A DNA stretch of 64,000 nucleotides from Glaucostegus cemiculus (lineage: Eukaryota): positions 6,386,001 through 6,450,000 of the forward strand of contig CDPCPM010000049.1 in the NCBI GenBank assembly GCA_976551045.1, read 5' to 3'. The notes under the pieces were generated by a model. It was not told where the DNA came from, made no database searches, and worked only from the letters and a program-made list of their open reading frames with translations. Shown in pieces: positions 10,602-22,261 of the stretch. Position 1 is the first letter of the stretch, and the number at the start of each line of letters is the position of its first letter. The position numbers were made by a program, and so were the translations under genes.

Positions 10602-13254
10602 CAAGGATTCAAGGTCTTTGCATTCTTAAGTCAGTGAAACATTGTGCACTAACCTAAGACTGGGTTATTTTTTCAGGCAAAAGGCAGCCTTCCTGATGAT
10701 TCAGGTTTTATGCTAGTGAGACATCTGGTTAGATAATAGAGTGATAACCTTTTAAAATCCTCCTGCCCCTTCATGCCCACAAAATATACTACCTTAATAA
10801 GTAGGGAAGTTATGTTTATGGACAGGATAGCAAGAAAGGCATAGTCAACATGTGTTTGGCATTTGTAATCCTCTGGACTGGTTTCAATCAACAAAGAATG
10901 GCGTCTAAATTGACAACCCAGAATGAGGACACTGGTGGTTTCCAACCCCCTTCTATCTCCTTCCGGCTTTCCCGTTTGGGAGGTGAGCTGGTGCAAGGAT
11001 CTAGTGATCAGGAGTATGGGACCATTTTCTTCCATGGTCATCTCGCAGGTAGGATGGTAGCATGATGTGGGGCTGGGGTTACTTTGGCTGAATCACCTAA
11101 AATTTAGGTATTCATGAAAATCCATTCTGATCAGCATTGGCAGATTTATGAGCATCCTGGTCTAGCAGAGAAGTTCTGGTAAAGAGGTCCCCTTTATTAG
11201 AAACAGACAGGCAAATGTGTGCACATCACCATCATCTGGATGAGAGAACACTTCTTCAGGACCATTGAACAGGGAACAAAGAAAGCTTCCTCCCTGTAAT
11301 TGTATCAGAAGATGGGCGATTTAGTAGAAATGCAGGCCTGGAACTGTTTTTAATCAAATCAATTAATTCCCCATTTCTCGACTGATTTCAGTTAAATGGC
11401 TTACATGTTATTGTCTTCTGTGGTAGTTTGGAATGAGTTGAGATACAACAGTTCAGGTAGTGATGACCTTGACTGCCACTGGTAATGATATCCATAAGGT
11501 GGAGGTTTTTGTGTCCATTGGGTTTCTGCAGATTAAACATCTGTCTTAGTTCTCTGGTAAGGTGAAGTCTAAAAATATGGACTTCTGTGCATATGCTCAG
11601 GTAGATGAACCAAGGTGTAAGGAAGCATAACTGATGACAAGTCCTGCTTCAGAAAATACTTCAGAAAGGAAGGAGCTATGATTGGGATTCTCATTATTAG
11701 AATGGGTTGTTGGAACAGTTAATATTGTTGGCGAAAATCTGGAGGCAAATACCTATTTTCTGGCGAGGGGTGGCAGGGATGGAGGAGGGTATGACATAGA
11801 ATAAATGATTAATGGCATTAAATAATACACTGTCATGATGATCCAAATATGTGCCATTTTAAGAAGAGGCTTTACCAATTTTCTTTATTTAATCTGAGCA
11901 CATAATACAGTACTAATGGCCCAAGATAATTTCAACATGATTTCAATAATGAAACAACAGTTTTTTCTATTTAGGTTAAAATTACTGTAGAGCATGATCC
12001 CTCCAAGATTATGTATGATTAGTAATAGGAAAAGGTGATCTCTGTCTAATTTCCTTTGATATTTGACATTTCCACAACCCACTTGGAAAAATAACTGTTG
12101 GGCGATCTTGGCTATATTGTATTTTCCTCATTGTCCTGATAGAAAGCAATAGTTTAGAAACTGGTTTAGGCATGAATACAAATATAGTACAGGTTGTAAT
12201 GTTTGAGCTGCTTGGAGAATGGAAATTGACTTTTCTTTGAAGCATGATTTTTTGAATTATAATGAAAAAATTGAACTTTCTCAGCTTCTGAGTTTGGAAG
12301 TTCATTACCAGGTTTTATTTTAAAGTGAATGATAAATCTACATTCATGAAAAATGACACCCTCCTGTTCCTTTCATGAAGTCTGTGAAGAAAATGATTTA
12401 ACTGTCTTTCAAATGACTTTAGCACTGCAAAAAGCATTAAGAGAAAGCACTATGAACTGAAAACACTTACAAATTGTTAACATCGCTAACTGTCAGCTAA
12501 AATATCCTTTCAATTTAGAGAATTATATTTTCTTCAGCCAGTCTCTGTTTAGATAAGGTTTCATGGGGAAAAAAACACAAGCAAATATATCAATCCCACC
12601 ATGGGTATTCAGGGGCAAGGACTTAATCATTACTTTCAAGTAACTTGTGAATAGATGGAGACTGTTGACCTTGTGAAGAAGACTCAAACCCTTGGGCTCT
12701 TCCTTCATCCTCTCCAGCTCCTCCCATCAACCCAGTTTAGCAGGCAACAAATATTGCACTCCACAGTATAATGTGAGAGGGAGCATAGTTGAACAAATGA
12801 ATTGAATTTCACAGATTGTCATGAAATACATGGCTTAGTCCCAGTGCAATGAAAGTGTTTTTAGTTGAGAGGGTTGAGGGAAAAGCAGTAAAAGGTAAGA
12901 GGAAGGACATGAAAGGAAGAGAGAACAGTTAAGATTCCAATTAAAATGGTATTTGGATGTCTGTGTGTAAAGCCTGTCACAGCATGTTGAACAAATTTGA
13001 GGATTAAGTTCACAGGCCAGCATTTTGTACCTATTGTATTTGTGCTAGTCTTTGTTTGGAATGGTAAAACTTTATTTTAGACTGGTTTTGTCAGATCCTT
13101 CTGAATCAATTCAACTACTTTAGATAAGCTATGTCAGAAATTGCAATGAGGCAAAAGAACATTGAAGATGAGGGTTTCTTCATATGTAATCACCCCGTTG
13201 TTTTTGCACTCAGCATCTGCCAACCCAATAAGATTGCTAAATTTGTATGGGATA

Positions 13255-13529
13255 TCGGTGACCCCCACATTATAGCCATTCAGTTTACATAAATTCACCC
13301 TAACAGAATTCGTACATCACTACTCAAAAATATAAGTTACAGAATAAAATTCACTCTCACAGAATTTATGTGATGAAAAAAAATTAAAATGAGCACAAAA
13401 TTTATTTGTCTTCAACTTGTATTTCTTGCTATATGCACAGACCACAGACAATGCAGCTTTGCATTATGGAAGATCTTGAAGCGAGCCATTTTCTAGGAAC
13501 GTAACTCCCTGTAATGAGGGAGTCACCTG
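13255..13529. mobile_element. Tigger/pogo-like MITE (275 bp)
   Basis: TIRs TCGGTGACCCCCACATTATAG versus reverse complement CAGGTGACTCCCTCATTACAG (16/21 identical), TA on both flanks, and a subterminal ggaacgtaac motif typical of Tigger ends. Confidence 0.7.
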
Positions 13530-13544
13530 TACATGAACATAATG

Positions 13545-13840
13545 AACTAGGAGCAAAGGATTACAAGCCATGAGTTTCGATAGTTGCAAATCCCATCATG
13601 GCAGATGGAAAATTCATATTCAGGTAACTAAATCTGAAGTGACCAAAAATTGCTATTTGTAGTAACAGTAACCATGAAATTACTAGAGTCATTAAAATCT
13701 TGTCTGCTTTAAGGAAGGAAATCTACCTTCTGTATCCACTTCGAACCAGATGTGTCTCCTGCTGCACCAATATAGTTGGCTCTTAACAGCATACTCATTT
13801 AATGATGGACAATGAATGCCATACATCCATCATCAAGAGC
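13545..13840 (+). mobile_element. tRNA-derived SINE with Meta-like core and L2-like tail
   Basis: caaatcccatcatggcag in the B-box region, ttaaggaaggaaatctacc core, gatggacaatgaatgcc tail. Related to 21628-21795/24385-24488 and 38820-39125. Confidence 0.55.
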
Positions 13841-14289
13841 AGGAGCATAGGTATATAAAGCAATAAATGGCTAATAGTTTTAAGGATGTTATGGATATGC
13901 AAGCGTGAAAAAAGGGCAAGAGCTTTCAGAAGTTTCTAAATTATATAGTATTTTCAGAATATATAGACAATTTTCTCCAGATGATGAGTCAGTTATATCA
14001 GACTAGCAGTTTAAAATTGTGACTGAGAATAGGAGAACATGGTGGAAGGAATGTTTTACTTAGGAAATGGCTGCAGCAGAGGTCATGCTGTCTTTATTTA
14101 GGGGAGAGAGCACTGAATGAGTTGTTTAATGCTGTAGCAAAGAGACTGTGTAGAAGCATTGTCAAGGGACCTCTTCTAATGTCACAAACATCTACAGCTC
14201 AAAGGTTCCATAAAAGTCACAATGTTCCTCTCAAATCCACTTTGCCTTGATGCATTATTATATTGTGAACTAACAACTGAGGTGTACTG

Positions 14290-14597
14290 GTGTAATGCTA
14301 TTACAGTGCCAGTGATCCGAGTTCAATTCCAGCTGCTGTCTTAAGGAGTTTGTACATTTTCCCTGTGTCTGAGTGGGTTTCCTCGCGGTGCTCCGGTTTC
14401 CTCCCCCATTCCAAAAGACATACGGGTTAGGAAGTTGTGGGCATGCTATGTTGGTGCCAGAAGTTTGGTGACACTTGCAAAACACTTCCAGAACACTGGT
14501 GATGACACTTCCAAAACACTCTACGCAAAAGATGTATTTCACAGTGTGTTTCGATGTACATGTGACTAATAAAGTTATCCTATCCCATTCTATCCTA
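14290..14597 (+). mobile_element. V-SINE with a non-CR1 (Rex1-like) 3' tail
   Basis: Head gctattacagtgccagtgatccgagttcaattcc and V core gtgggtttcctcgcggtgctccggtttcctccc match the 6499 copy, but the tail is tttcacagtgtgtttcgatgtacatgtgactaataaag plus (TATCC)n. Confidence 0.8.
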
Positions 14598-14678
14598 ATA
14601 TTCCTTTGAAAAAGTTCTGGGGTTTCAAAGTCTTCCAAAGTGTTGCATGGATAATCCATATAAATTTACTAAGTAAAT

Positions 14679-16196
14679 GAGATGGAAAGTTGGGCAGAGC
14701 ATTGGCAGGTGGAATTTAATCCTGCCAAGTGCGAGCTGATGCATTTTGGGAAGTGAAATATGAGTATGATATAGACAATAAATGGTGGGGTGCTAAGGGA
14801 TATTGATGAACAGAGGGACTTGAGGTCCACAGTTTCCTATTTACAAGCAGCTCAAAAATTACATACCTGTAATATATTTGTATTCATGCCTAAACCAGTA
14901 AAAAGGCAAGTAAATAGGGTGGTGAAGAAGGCATATAGAATGATTGCCATTATGCGTCAGGCTATAGAATATAAAAGTTAGGATGTTATGTTGCAACTTT
15001 ACCAAACCCTGGTTAGACTGCATGCAGTATTGTGTGCAGTTCTGTTCACCACTCTATAGGAAAGATGAGTTTGTGCTGGAGAAAGTGCAGAGGAGATTCA
15101 GCAGAAGGCACAAAAGTAGGTGGTACAGTGGACAATGAAGAAGGTTATCAAAAATTACAGAGGGATCTTGATCACCTGAGTAAGTGGGCCAAGGAATGGC
15201 AAATGGGGTTTTATTTGGATGTGCAAGGTTGTTACATTTTGGAAAGTCAAATCCAGGTAGGACTTTCATAGTGAACAGCAGGGCCCTGGGAAGTGTTGTA
15301 GAACAGAGGGACCTTGGAGTACAAGTACATGGGTCACTGAAAGTGGTGTTACAAGTAGACAGGGTGGAGAAGAAGGCTTTTGGTATGCTGGCCTTCATGA
15401 GTCAGGGCTTAGAGTACAAAAGTTGGGAGGTCATGGTGCAGTTGTACAGGATGCTGGTGAGACCTCACTTGGAGTATTGTGTTCAGTTTTGGTCACCCTG
15501 CTATAGCAAAGATGTCATTAAACTGGAAAGAGTGCAGAGAAGATGTACAAGGGTGCTGCAGGACTTGAGAGATTGAGTTATAGGGAGAGGTTGGACAGGC
15601 TAGGATTTTATTCCTTAGAGCATAGGAGACTGAGAGGTGATCTTTTAGAGGTGTATAAAATCATGAGGAGCATAATTAGGGTTGGGTGTCAAGAACTAGA
15701 GGGCATAGGTTTAAGATGAGAGGGGAAAGATCTGAGAGGAACGAAGGGCAACTTTTCACAAAGGGTGGTATCTATGTGGAATCAGCTGCTAGAGGAAGTG
15801 GTTGAGGCAGGTACAATAACAACTTTTAAAAGACAGTTGGACAGGTACATAGATTGGACAGGTTTAGAAGGTTATGGGCCAAACACTGGCAATGGGACTA
15901 GCTTGGATGGGGCATCTTGGTTGGCATGGACCAGTTGGGCCGAGGGCCTGTTTCCATGCTGCATGACTCTATGACCAGGATGTTGCCTCTAATGAAGAAC
16001 TTTAGTTATAGAGAGAGAGGCTGGCTTGTTTTTCATGGAGCACAAGATATTGAGGGGTGAAGTGATCGAGGTATATAGAGGCATAGAAAAGGTAGACAGT
16101 CAGAATCACTTGCCCATAGTATGGCTATCAAAAACAAAAGGACATAAATTTAGGGTGAGAGGAGGAATTTTAAAGGTGATTTGTGGAGGAAGTTTC
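14679..16196 (+). mobile_element. Older CR1 ORF2 (RT C-terminal) fragment, interrupted by a younger CR1 at 15101-15974
   Basis: tggcaggtggaatttaatcctgccaagtgcgag (WQVEFNPAKCE). The host sequence gtgcagaggagattca (ends 15100) resumes as ccaggatgttgcct (starts 15975). Confidence 0.8.
15101..15974 (+). mobile_element. 5'-truncated younger CR1 LINE (RT C-terminus and 3' UTR)
   Basis: ORF 15184-15576 encodes RDLGVQVH...LYRMLVRPHLEYCVQFWSP...LERVQRR, a hallmark of CR1 ORF2. It ends gggccgagggcctgtttcc...atgactctatga. Confidence 0.92.
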
Positions 16197-16745
16197 CAGT
16201 GCTATCACATACTTCTGTTAGTGTAGCTACTATACAGTACACAGTAGACTAGCTGTGGCCTAACTAATGTTTCATAAAGCTGTGTCATAACCCCCCCGCC
16301 CCTGCTCTTATATTCTATGTTCTGGTTAATGATGGGAAGTGTCCCATATGCCTTGTTAACCACCTTATATACATGTATTGTCAGCTTCAGAGAACCTTGG
16401 ACTTGTACACTGTGGTCTCTCTGTTCCTCAGTACTCTTTGGGGTCCCATTGTTAGTCTTTCCAGTGCATCACCTCACACTTATCAGGATTAAACTTCATC
16501 TGCCATTGCTCTGCCCATCTTACCAACTGATCAACATCACCCTACAACTATCCTTCTCACTTTCACAACGCTAGTGATTTGCATCTCATCTGCAAACTTA
16601 CTAATCCTACCTCCTACATTCATACCAGATCATTAATGTACATAACAGTAAGGGTGCCAGCACTGTTGTCTGTGGTATACCACAGGTCACTGGCTTCTAA
16701 TCACAAAAACAATCCTCCACCATTACTCTCTGCCGTCTATTACCA
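16197..16745 (-). mobile_element. CR1 ORF2 fragment in antisense orientation
   Basis: Reverse complement of the same RT region (ctctgttcctcagtactc, catatgccttgttaaccacc, catctgcaaactt). Confidence 0.75.
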
Positions 16746-17360
16746 CACCACTGCACGATTTCAAGATTTATAACTTAATATTGTAAATAATTCTGGCTTG
16801 TGAGAAACATGTTTACAAAGACCAATTCCAGGAACATTTGTTTTTTAGCTCCTTTCACCCTATTAAGAAATATTGCCAAAATTGAAGACAGACAAATCCA
16901 ACGAAATTTTACCCAAAGCAATACTGTGAATAGTGAGAGCACTCATGTTTCAAAATCAGCACTGTGCCCTGCACTCTGTATGCTGGTTAGAAATCTGCTC
17001 TTTAAAGTGAAATTCATATGGAATTTATTTTTGATCAATTTAAGCTCAGCTGCATAAAGAAATAATATACATTATAATATGCAGCAACCAGAGAAGCCCA
17101 CTGATCAAACCTAAACCATTAGCCAATAAACTAGATTTCCCCTTGAAATTGATGACCTTAAGTGCTTAATCCAGTACCTGCCAAAATTTGCATCTGTATA
17201 GTCTGTCTTTTAATGTGTACTTGGTGCTTTACAGGAGTGCAATTAGATTTAAAGAATCAACACTAAGGTAAAAGAGAAAGGGCCAATATACCAAAGGCTT
17301 AGTCCAAACTCATAAGGACCATTTAAAAGATATAGAAATCAGTGACATTCTATTTGGGTA

Positions 17361-17488
17361 CATAGAATCATAGAGTAATACAGCCCAACTCGTCCATGCC
17401 GAACTTGGACAAGTGTCCAAGCTACTCCCATTTGTCCACGTTTGACCCATACCCCTCTACACCCCTTCTTTCTTTATAGTTGTCCAAA
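17361..17488 (-). mobile_element. CR1 3' terminus (antisense)
   Basis: catagaatcatagag tail, cccaactcgtccatgccga and cccatacccctcta. Confidence 0.7.
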
Positions 17489-18810
17489 GTACATGTGAGG
17501 ATACATTTAAATTTGCTAGAATACCATTAACTGTGGCTTGCATACCAATTTTAGATTTTAAAAACACGATCTATTATCCCCCTTTTATAACATTTATTTC
17601 ACAACTTTAAACAACTTGATTGCAATTCTTGTACAAAACAAATGGATATGCTATAATTCAGCTGTCTCGATACTTTGAATGCCAAGTATTTAATGTGGTT
17701 GTAAACAACATTAATTTCAGTAAAGTTAGGGCCTTCTGCCAAGGAAACAGTCGAAGAACTGATGGAAATCACTCAAGTGCATGTCCATGTGAAGAGCAAA
17801 TGACTTCCCTGTCCTTTGTCCCTTGTAGGTTATTGAAGATTATTTCTGACCAACTTTTTCTTGATATAGGAACACTGTACCTTATGCAAGGAGAAAGAGA
17901 TCAACATTTCTGGAATAGAATATATGGAATGAAAAGTAAATATTGAAAGCTCATTCCAGCCTGCAACCTTGAGATTTTTGGCTGCAAAGTTTCACAGTTT
18001 AAGATTATAGATCTGTGTGAACAAGGAAACATTTCTACACAGTGAAAAATATTGTCTAACAAGCAAGAGACACAAAATTGCCCAACAGAATGCTTTGAAA
18101 ATAAAGCAGGAATTTCTGTCTAGAGTTTCCACATCTGAAGCAGTTTACTGTCTCGCCAACTATTTTTCACTTTCAAATTTCTGGTTGGCAACCCTATTGG
18201 AACTTTGTGAGAAATATTTTAAGCAGACAAATTTCTTGTCTCAAGTTGTAGCACTTAGATGAAACCTGAGCCAAAGTTTACAGATATACTATTATATTTT
18301 ATGTTTTGCTGACTGCCAGAATGGAAATCTAAAAATACGTGTCAGAGAGTGACTATGTCATTAAACAAATAAAGAGCCCATGGGATCTGGAGTAAAGTGT
18401 TGCTACAGTTCTGCCTCTTGGCAGCAGAACTAGGGGCAACTTTATTTTCCTCTGAGAAATGAAATGAAGTGCAAGTAAGTGCATAACATTTGTATCTAAT
18501 ACACAGCAGAAAAAGTGTTAACTCATGACATTCTGCTGACTCTTGAGTGCACACTATTGGAATTTTTGGGGAAAAATGATTTTGCCACATGGGTACTTAG
18601 ATTATTCCCATATTCCTCCACTAATTCAGGGCTGCTGGATTGTGGATTCTGTTGGACAAAATGCACTCATTGTATTACTAGTGAGATTTACACCACATAT
18701 CATTGTGACAAGTAACATTCTATTGCATTACAGCACAATAATTGCATAGAAGAGGCATCTTTATGGTTGTATGAGTGTCCAAAAATATGTTAGAGAGTCA
18801 GAACTCGGGA

Positions 18811-18916
18811 TGTCATAGAGCCATACGCCACAGAAACAGGCCCTTTGGCCCAGTGTTAATCCCATTTTTATCGTCCCCACATTACCATCAAATCCCCCCA
18901 GATTCCACCGCTAACC
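18811..18916 (-). mobile_element. 3' part of an HE1-like SINE or CR1 tail
   Basis: gtcatagagccatacgccacagaaacaggccctttggccca followed by a catcaaatccccccagattc segment resembling the 28063 copy. Confidence 0.55.
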
Positions 18917-19029
18917 TTTGTTTTGTAGCAACTAAGTTTTTAAATCTTAGAAAAATGATACAAGAAAAGTTGAGGGCCAACCTGCCAACAGTTCAGCAGA
19001 AGGGACTATGCCCTTGAGAAGGTCCTCAC

Positions 19030-19440
19030 CCAGTGTTGCTGAGTAGAAAGGTCCAGGATTCAGATCCGCCAGTGACGAAGGAACATTGGTAAGACAATGT
19101 GTGAATTGCAGGGGAACCTGCACATGATTGCATTGTCATGTGCCAACCCTTTGGGAGAGGACATTTGAAATATATTGGTAAGTATTTGCACTACATCTTG
19201 GGGATGGTACACACCACAGTCACAGTGCACCAGTTTTGGAGGCAATGTATATTTAGGGTGGTAAATGGGTGCCTGTCAAGTAAATGACTTTTTCCTTGAA
19301 AATGTTGGGCTTTCTGTGTATTGCTGGAGCTGCATTCATTTAGACCATTAGAGAGTACTTCATTACAGTCCTAATGGAGCCTCGCAGACAGTGGAAAGGC
19401 TTTGGGGAGTCAAGGTGTGAGTTTTTCACTGCAGGACTAG
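19030..19440 (-). mobile_element. Old L2/CR1-group LINE ORF2 fragment
   Basis: gatggtacacaccacagtcacagtgc, tgttgctggagctgcattcatt and ggaaaggctttggggagtcaagg; same family as 31205 and 39480. Confidence 0.6.
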
Positions 19441-20264
19441 AACTGCATGTTCTGGAAAAATTGAATAATGTATGTTGCAGTTTGACACCTATTCTCTATC
19501 ATTTCAGGCATGTGCATTGAAACTATCGCAACTGCCACCATATCAGATTTTTGCCTCTAATTCAAAAACCTCTGAGACTTGATACCCTTGGTTACACAGT
19601 AGTTGTTTTTCCACCCTTAAAGGGTATGTGGCAACCTTCTTCCTGTCAGTCCCAAGACTTTATTTATCTCAGTTCTTCAGAGCTTTGACAATGACCCATT
19701 CTCACCTTTCAAAAGCTTATTCTCCTGCAGGCATCTTGCATTCTCTGCTGCTCAAAAAGTGATACCCTCTTAATACCATCCAAGAGATTGGAAAAAAAGC
19801 ATTAAATTTCCAGCAGTGCCAATCCTGTACAAAGATACTGTACACCACCACTTCCAGCTACCCTGAATAGAATATCAGTGTCCCACGTGGAAAAGACCAG
19901 TCAGGGGTGCTGGTTCTACTCAGCCACTTGCCCACCAATATTCTTCTTCAGACCATATGGGTATCTCCTTGCTCTTGGATAGGGGGAGGTATGCTTGGGG
20001 GAGGAGGAATAGAAAAGAAAAGGAGGAAGTTGATCGGAAGCACCATGAGTGATATCTAATCATTTTCATCTGTTGGAAAATGATGTGAATATCTTGTAGG
20101 GAGGAATGAGTGTGTGTTATAATTGTTCATTGTCAGGTTGCTCACTGACTAAACTCAGATCTGAAGAATGGCTGCTGGGGTAAAGTCCTCGAGAGCATGG
20201 AATCTTGGGTGTCGGTGTTTCTAAGGATGAATATAGGTTGAGAGGTGGGAGATTCATTTGTCAA

Positions 20265-20459
20265 TAGAGACACAAGAGATTGCAGATGCTGGAATCTGAA
20301 GCAACAAACAATGTGCTGGAGGTACTCAGCGGGTCATGCAGCATCTGTGGGGGGAAAATAGTCCTGATGCAGGGTTTCGACCTGAAATGTTGACAATTTC
20401 TTTCCTTCCACAGATGCTGTCTAAACTGCTGAGTTCCTCCAGCACATTGTTTATTGCTT
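20265..20459 (+). mobile_element. Penelope-like-element-derived palindromic non-autonomous element
   Basis: Starts acacaagagattgcagatgctggaatc. Inverted arms of ~59 bp (20299-20357 and 20401-20459, about 85% complementary) enclose a hammerhead-like core. Confidence 0.7.
20357..20397 (+). ncRNA. Degenerate minimal type I hammerhead ribozyme motif
   Basis: Stem I aatagtc/gacaatt; core CTGATGC-A (canonical CUGANGA); stem II GGGT-TTCG-ACCT; GAAA-T; triplet GTT. The topology matches minimal PLE hammerheads, but this copy is probably decayed. Confidence 0.55.
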
Positions 20460-21430
20460 ATTTGCTAATAGTTGTGAACTGGTTATGAAGATCAGGAAAT
20501 AGGTTACTATATTAATCTAAAGTAAATTTAATTTTATGTAATAAACTACTCCTACATTCTAGATTAAAAATCCACAGTTTAGCAAATGCAGGGCTGGAAA
20601 AGACCCAAGTTTTTATCCAAATTATCCTAAATGCTGAAGGTTACTTCCTCAAAACAAAAATCCAGTTCTCTTTATTTTTTTTCCCCTCATTATCTGGCCT
20701 CATTAAAGAAAAACAAATGGCTAATTTGGATTAGAAGTATAATGTAAGAAGGAACAAGTGTGCTGGTGGTGGTTGATTGAGCAGGGTGGTAAGTCCTGAT
20801 TCGGTGGTGGGTAGGGGGGCTGCTGGTGTCAGTGGTGGGAAGTTATAATGGTGAGAGTGGGTGAGAAGATAGCAGTTGGGCAGAGGGTGAGCAGATGGTG
20901 GTTTGGGGTGAGGTACAGTAATCTGGGAGTTATGGGGAGGAGGAGATGCAGGGAATTGTGGTGGAGATACTTGTGCTTTTATTGTCCACAAGCTGTGCTG
21001 CAAAGACACTTACCTCATGAATTCAGCCCCCCTAATCTGCTTCCAGCTGTCAGGTTTCAATAATGGGATGTCTGTATTGAGGCACATGTACTTGCACAAT
21101 TTCCTTGAGAGGTTCAAATGGAACAATTGCTCTCTGAACATACATGACCCCCTGCTCAGAGTACTTTTCCCTCTCTCTACCTTCCTCTTTGGGCAGTTTT
21201 CCCTCTACACCTACTCTGCTCATTCTGCTTGTGCTGTACTTCAAGTGGAGTGCCTGCTAATGCATCCATGGGCATTGCAGGGGCCTTGAACTGAGACAAA
21301 TTCCTTTGATGCCTGTTTAACCAGTTCCTTTCCACTATGCCAACTTTAAAACTGTCTTAAAGCACTGAACACTAACTGAATCTGTGTAACAGGCAGAAGT
21401 CAATCAGCAGCTGTTCATTTTACAAGAGAA

Positions 21431-21571
21431 TTGGAGAATAAAAAGAAGGAAGTCTTGGTGCAAGGTATAGGGCTTTGATGAGGTCACAGCTCGAAGTACT
21501 ATGTGCAGTATTGGTCACAGAATAGCTGTCTTGGAAATTATGACCTGCAGATTCACCAGATTGATTCCTGG
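21431..21571 (+). mobile_element. Decayed CR1 ORF2 fragment
   Basis: gtatagggctttgatgaggtcacagctcgaagtactatgtgcagtattggtc and agattcaccagattgattcctgg. Confidence 0.6.
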
Positions 21572-21627
21572 TCTTTGATGATGAAAGAATGATTAAACTT
21601 GTGCATTTTTAAAAAATCATTTAGAAT

Positions 21628-21795
21628 CCATTGTTAATTGTCTATGAACTGAGTGGCTTGACAGACCATTAAAGAATGAAACTTATTGGTGGGTCTACAT
21701 TCTGTGTAGGAATGGCAGATTTCCTTCCCTGAATGACAGTACTGATTTTGCAACGATCTTGTTTAGTGGTCATCGTGACTCATTTCTTTTTAATA
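21628..21795 (-). mobile_element. 3' half of a Meta-like SINE split by a CR1 insertion
   Basis: ggcagatttccttccctgaatgac is the reverse complement of the agggaaggaaatctgcc core; aactgagtggcttg lies tail-proximal. Confidence 0.6.
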
Positions 21796-21799
21796 TAAT

Positions 21800-22260
21800 T
21801 ACTAAATGAATACTTCTCATCTATATTCACCAAGGAGGAGGACAAGGAAGATGATGAATTCAGGGAGGAGTATGTGGATAATCAGGAGCAAGTCAGTTTT
21901 AAAATGTAGGAGGTGTTAAATGTTATGGCATGCATAAGGGTTCATATGAGATCTGTCCCACGTTGCTTTGGATAGGAAGGGAGGAGAAAGCAAGGGACCT
22001 TACAGAGATTTTTCTTCATTAGCTGCAGGAGAGGTGCCCAGGGGACTGGAGGATATAGCTAATGTTGTTCCTTTACTTAAGAAGGACAGCAGAGATAAGC
22101 AAGGTATCCATGGGCTGGTGAGTCTCGCATCAGTGGTATGGAAATTATTGGAGAACATCTTAAGGAAAGGCTGGGGCTGATCAGGAGTATTCAGCATGGC
22201 TTTGTGCAGGGAGGATATCTTGCCTCCCTGATTTGATTAAGTGTTTTGAGCAGGTAACTA
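21800..22260 (+). mobile_element. CR1 ORF2 internal fragment (start of RT)
   Basis: LNEYFSSIFTKEE, then IANVVPLLKK...VSLASVVWKLLENIL, QHGFVQG and atttgattaagtgttttgagcaggtaac. Confidence 0.85.
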
Positions 22261-22261
22261 G

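Noticed and set aside
20760-20970. G-rich tracts here and at 41978-42075 and 54855-54930 as possible G-quadruplex or regulatory elements
   Set aside because: The G-runs are irregular with long loops, consistent with low-complexity or decayed repeat DNA; there is no independent support.
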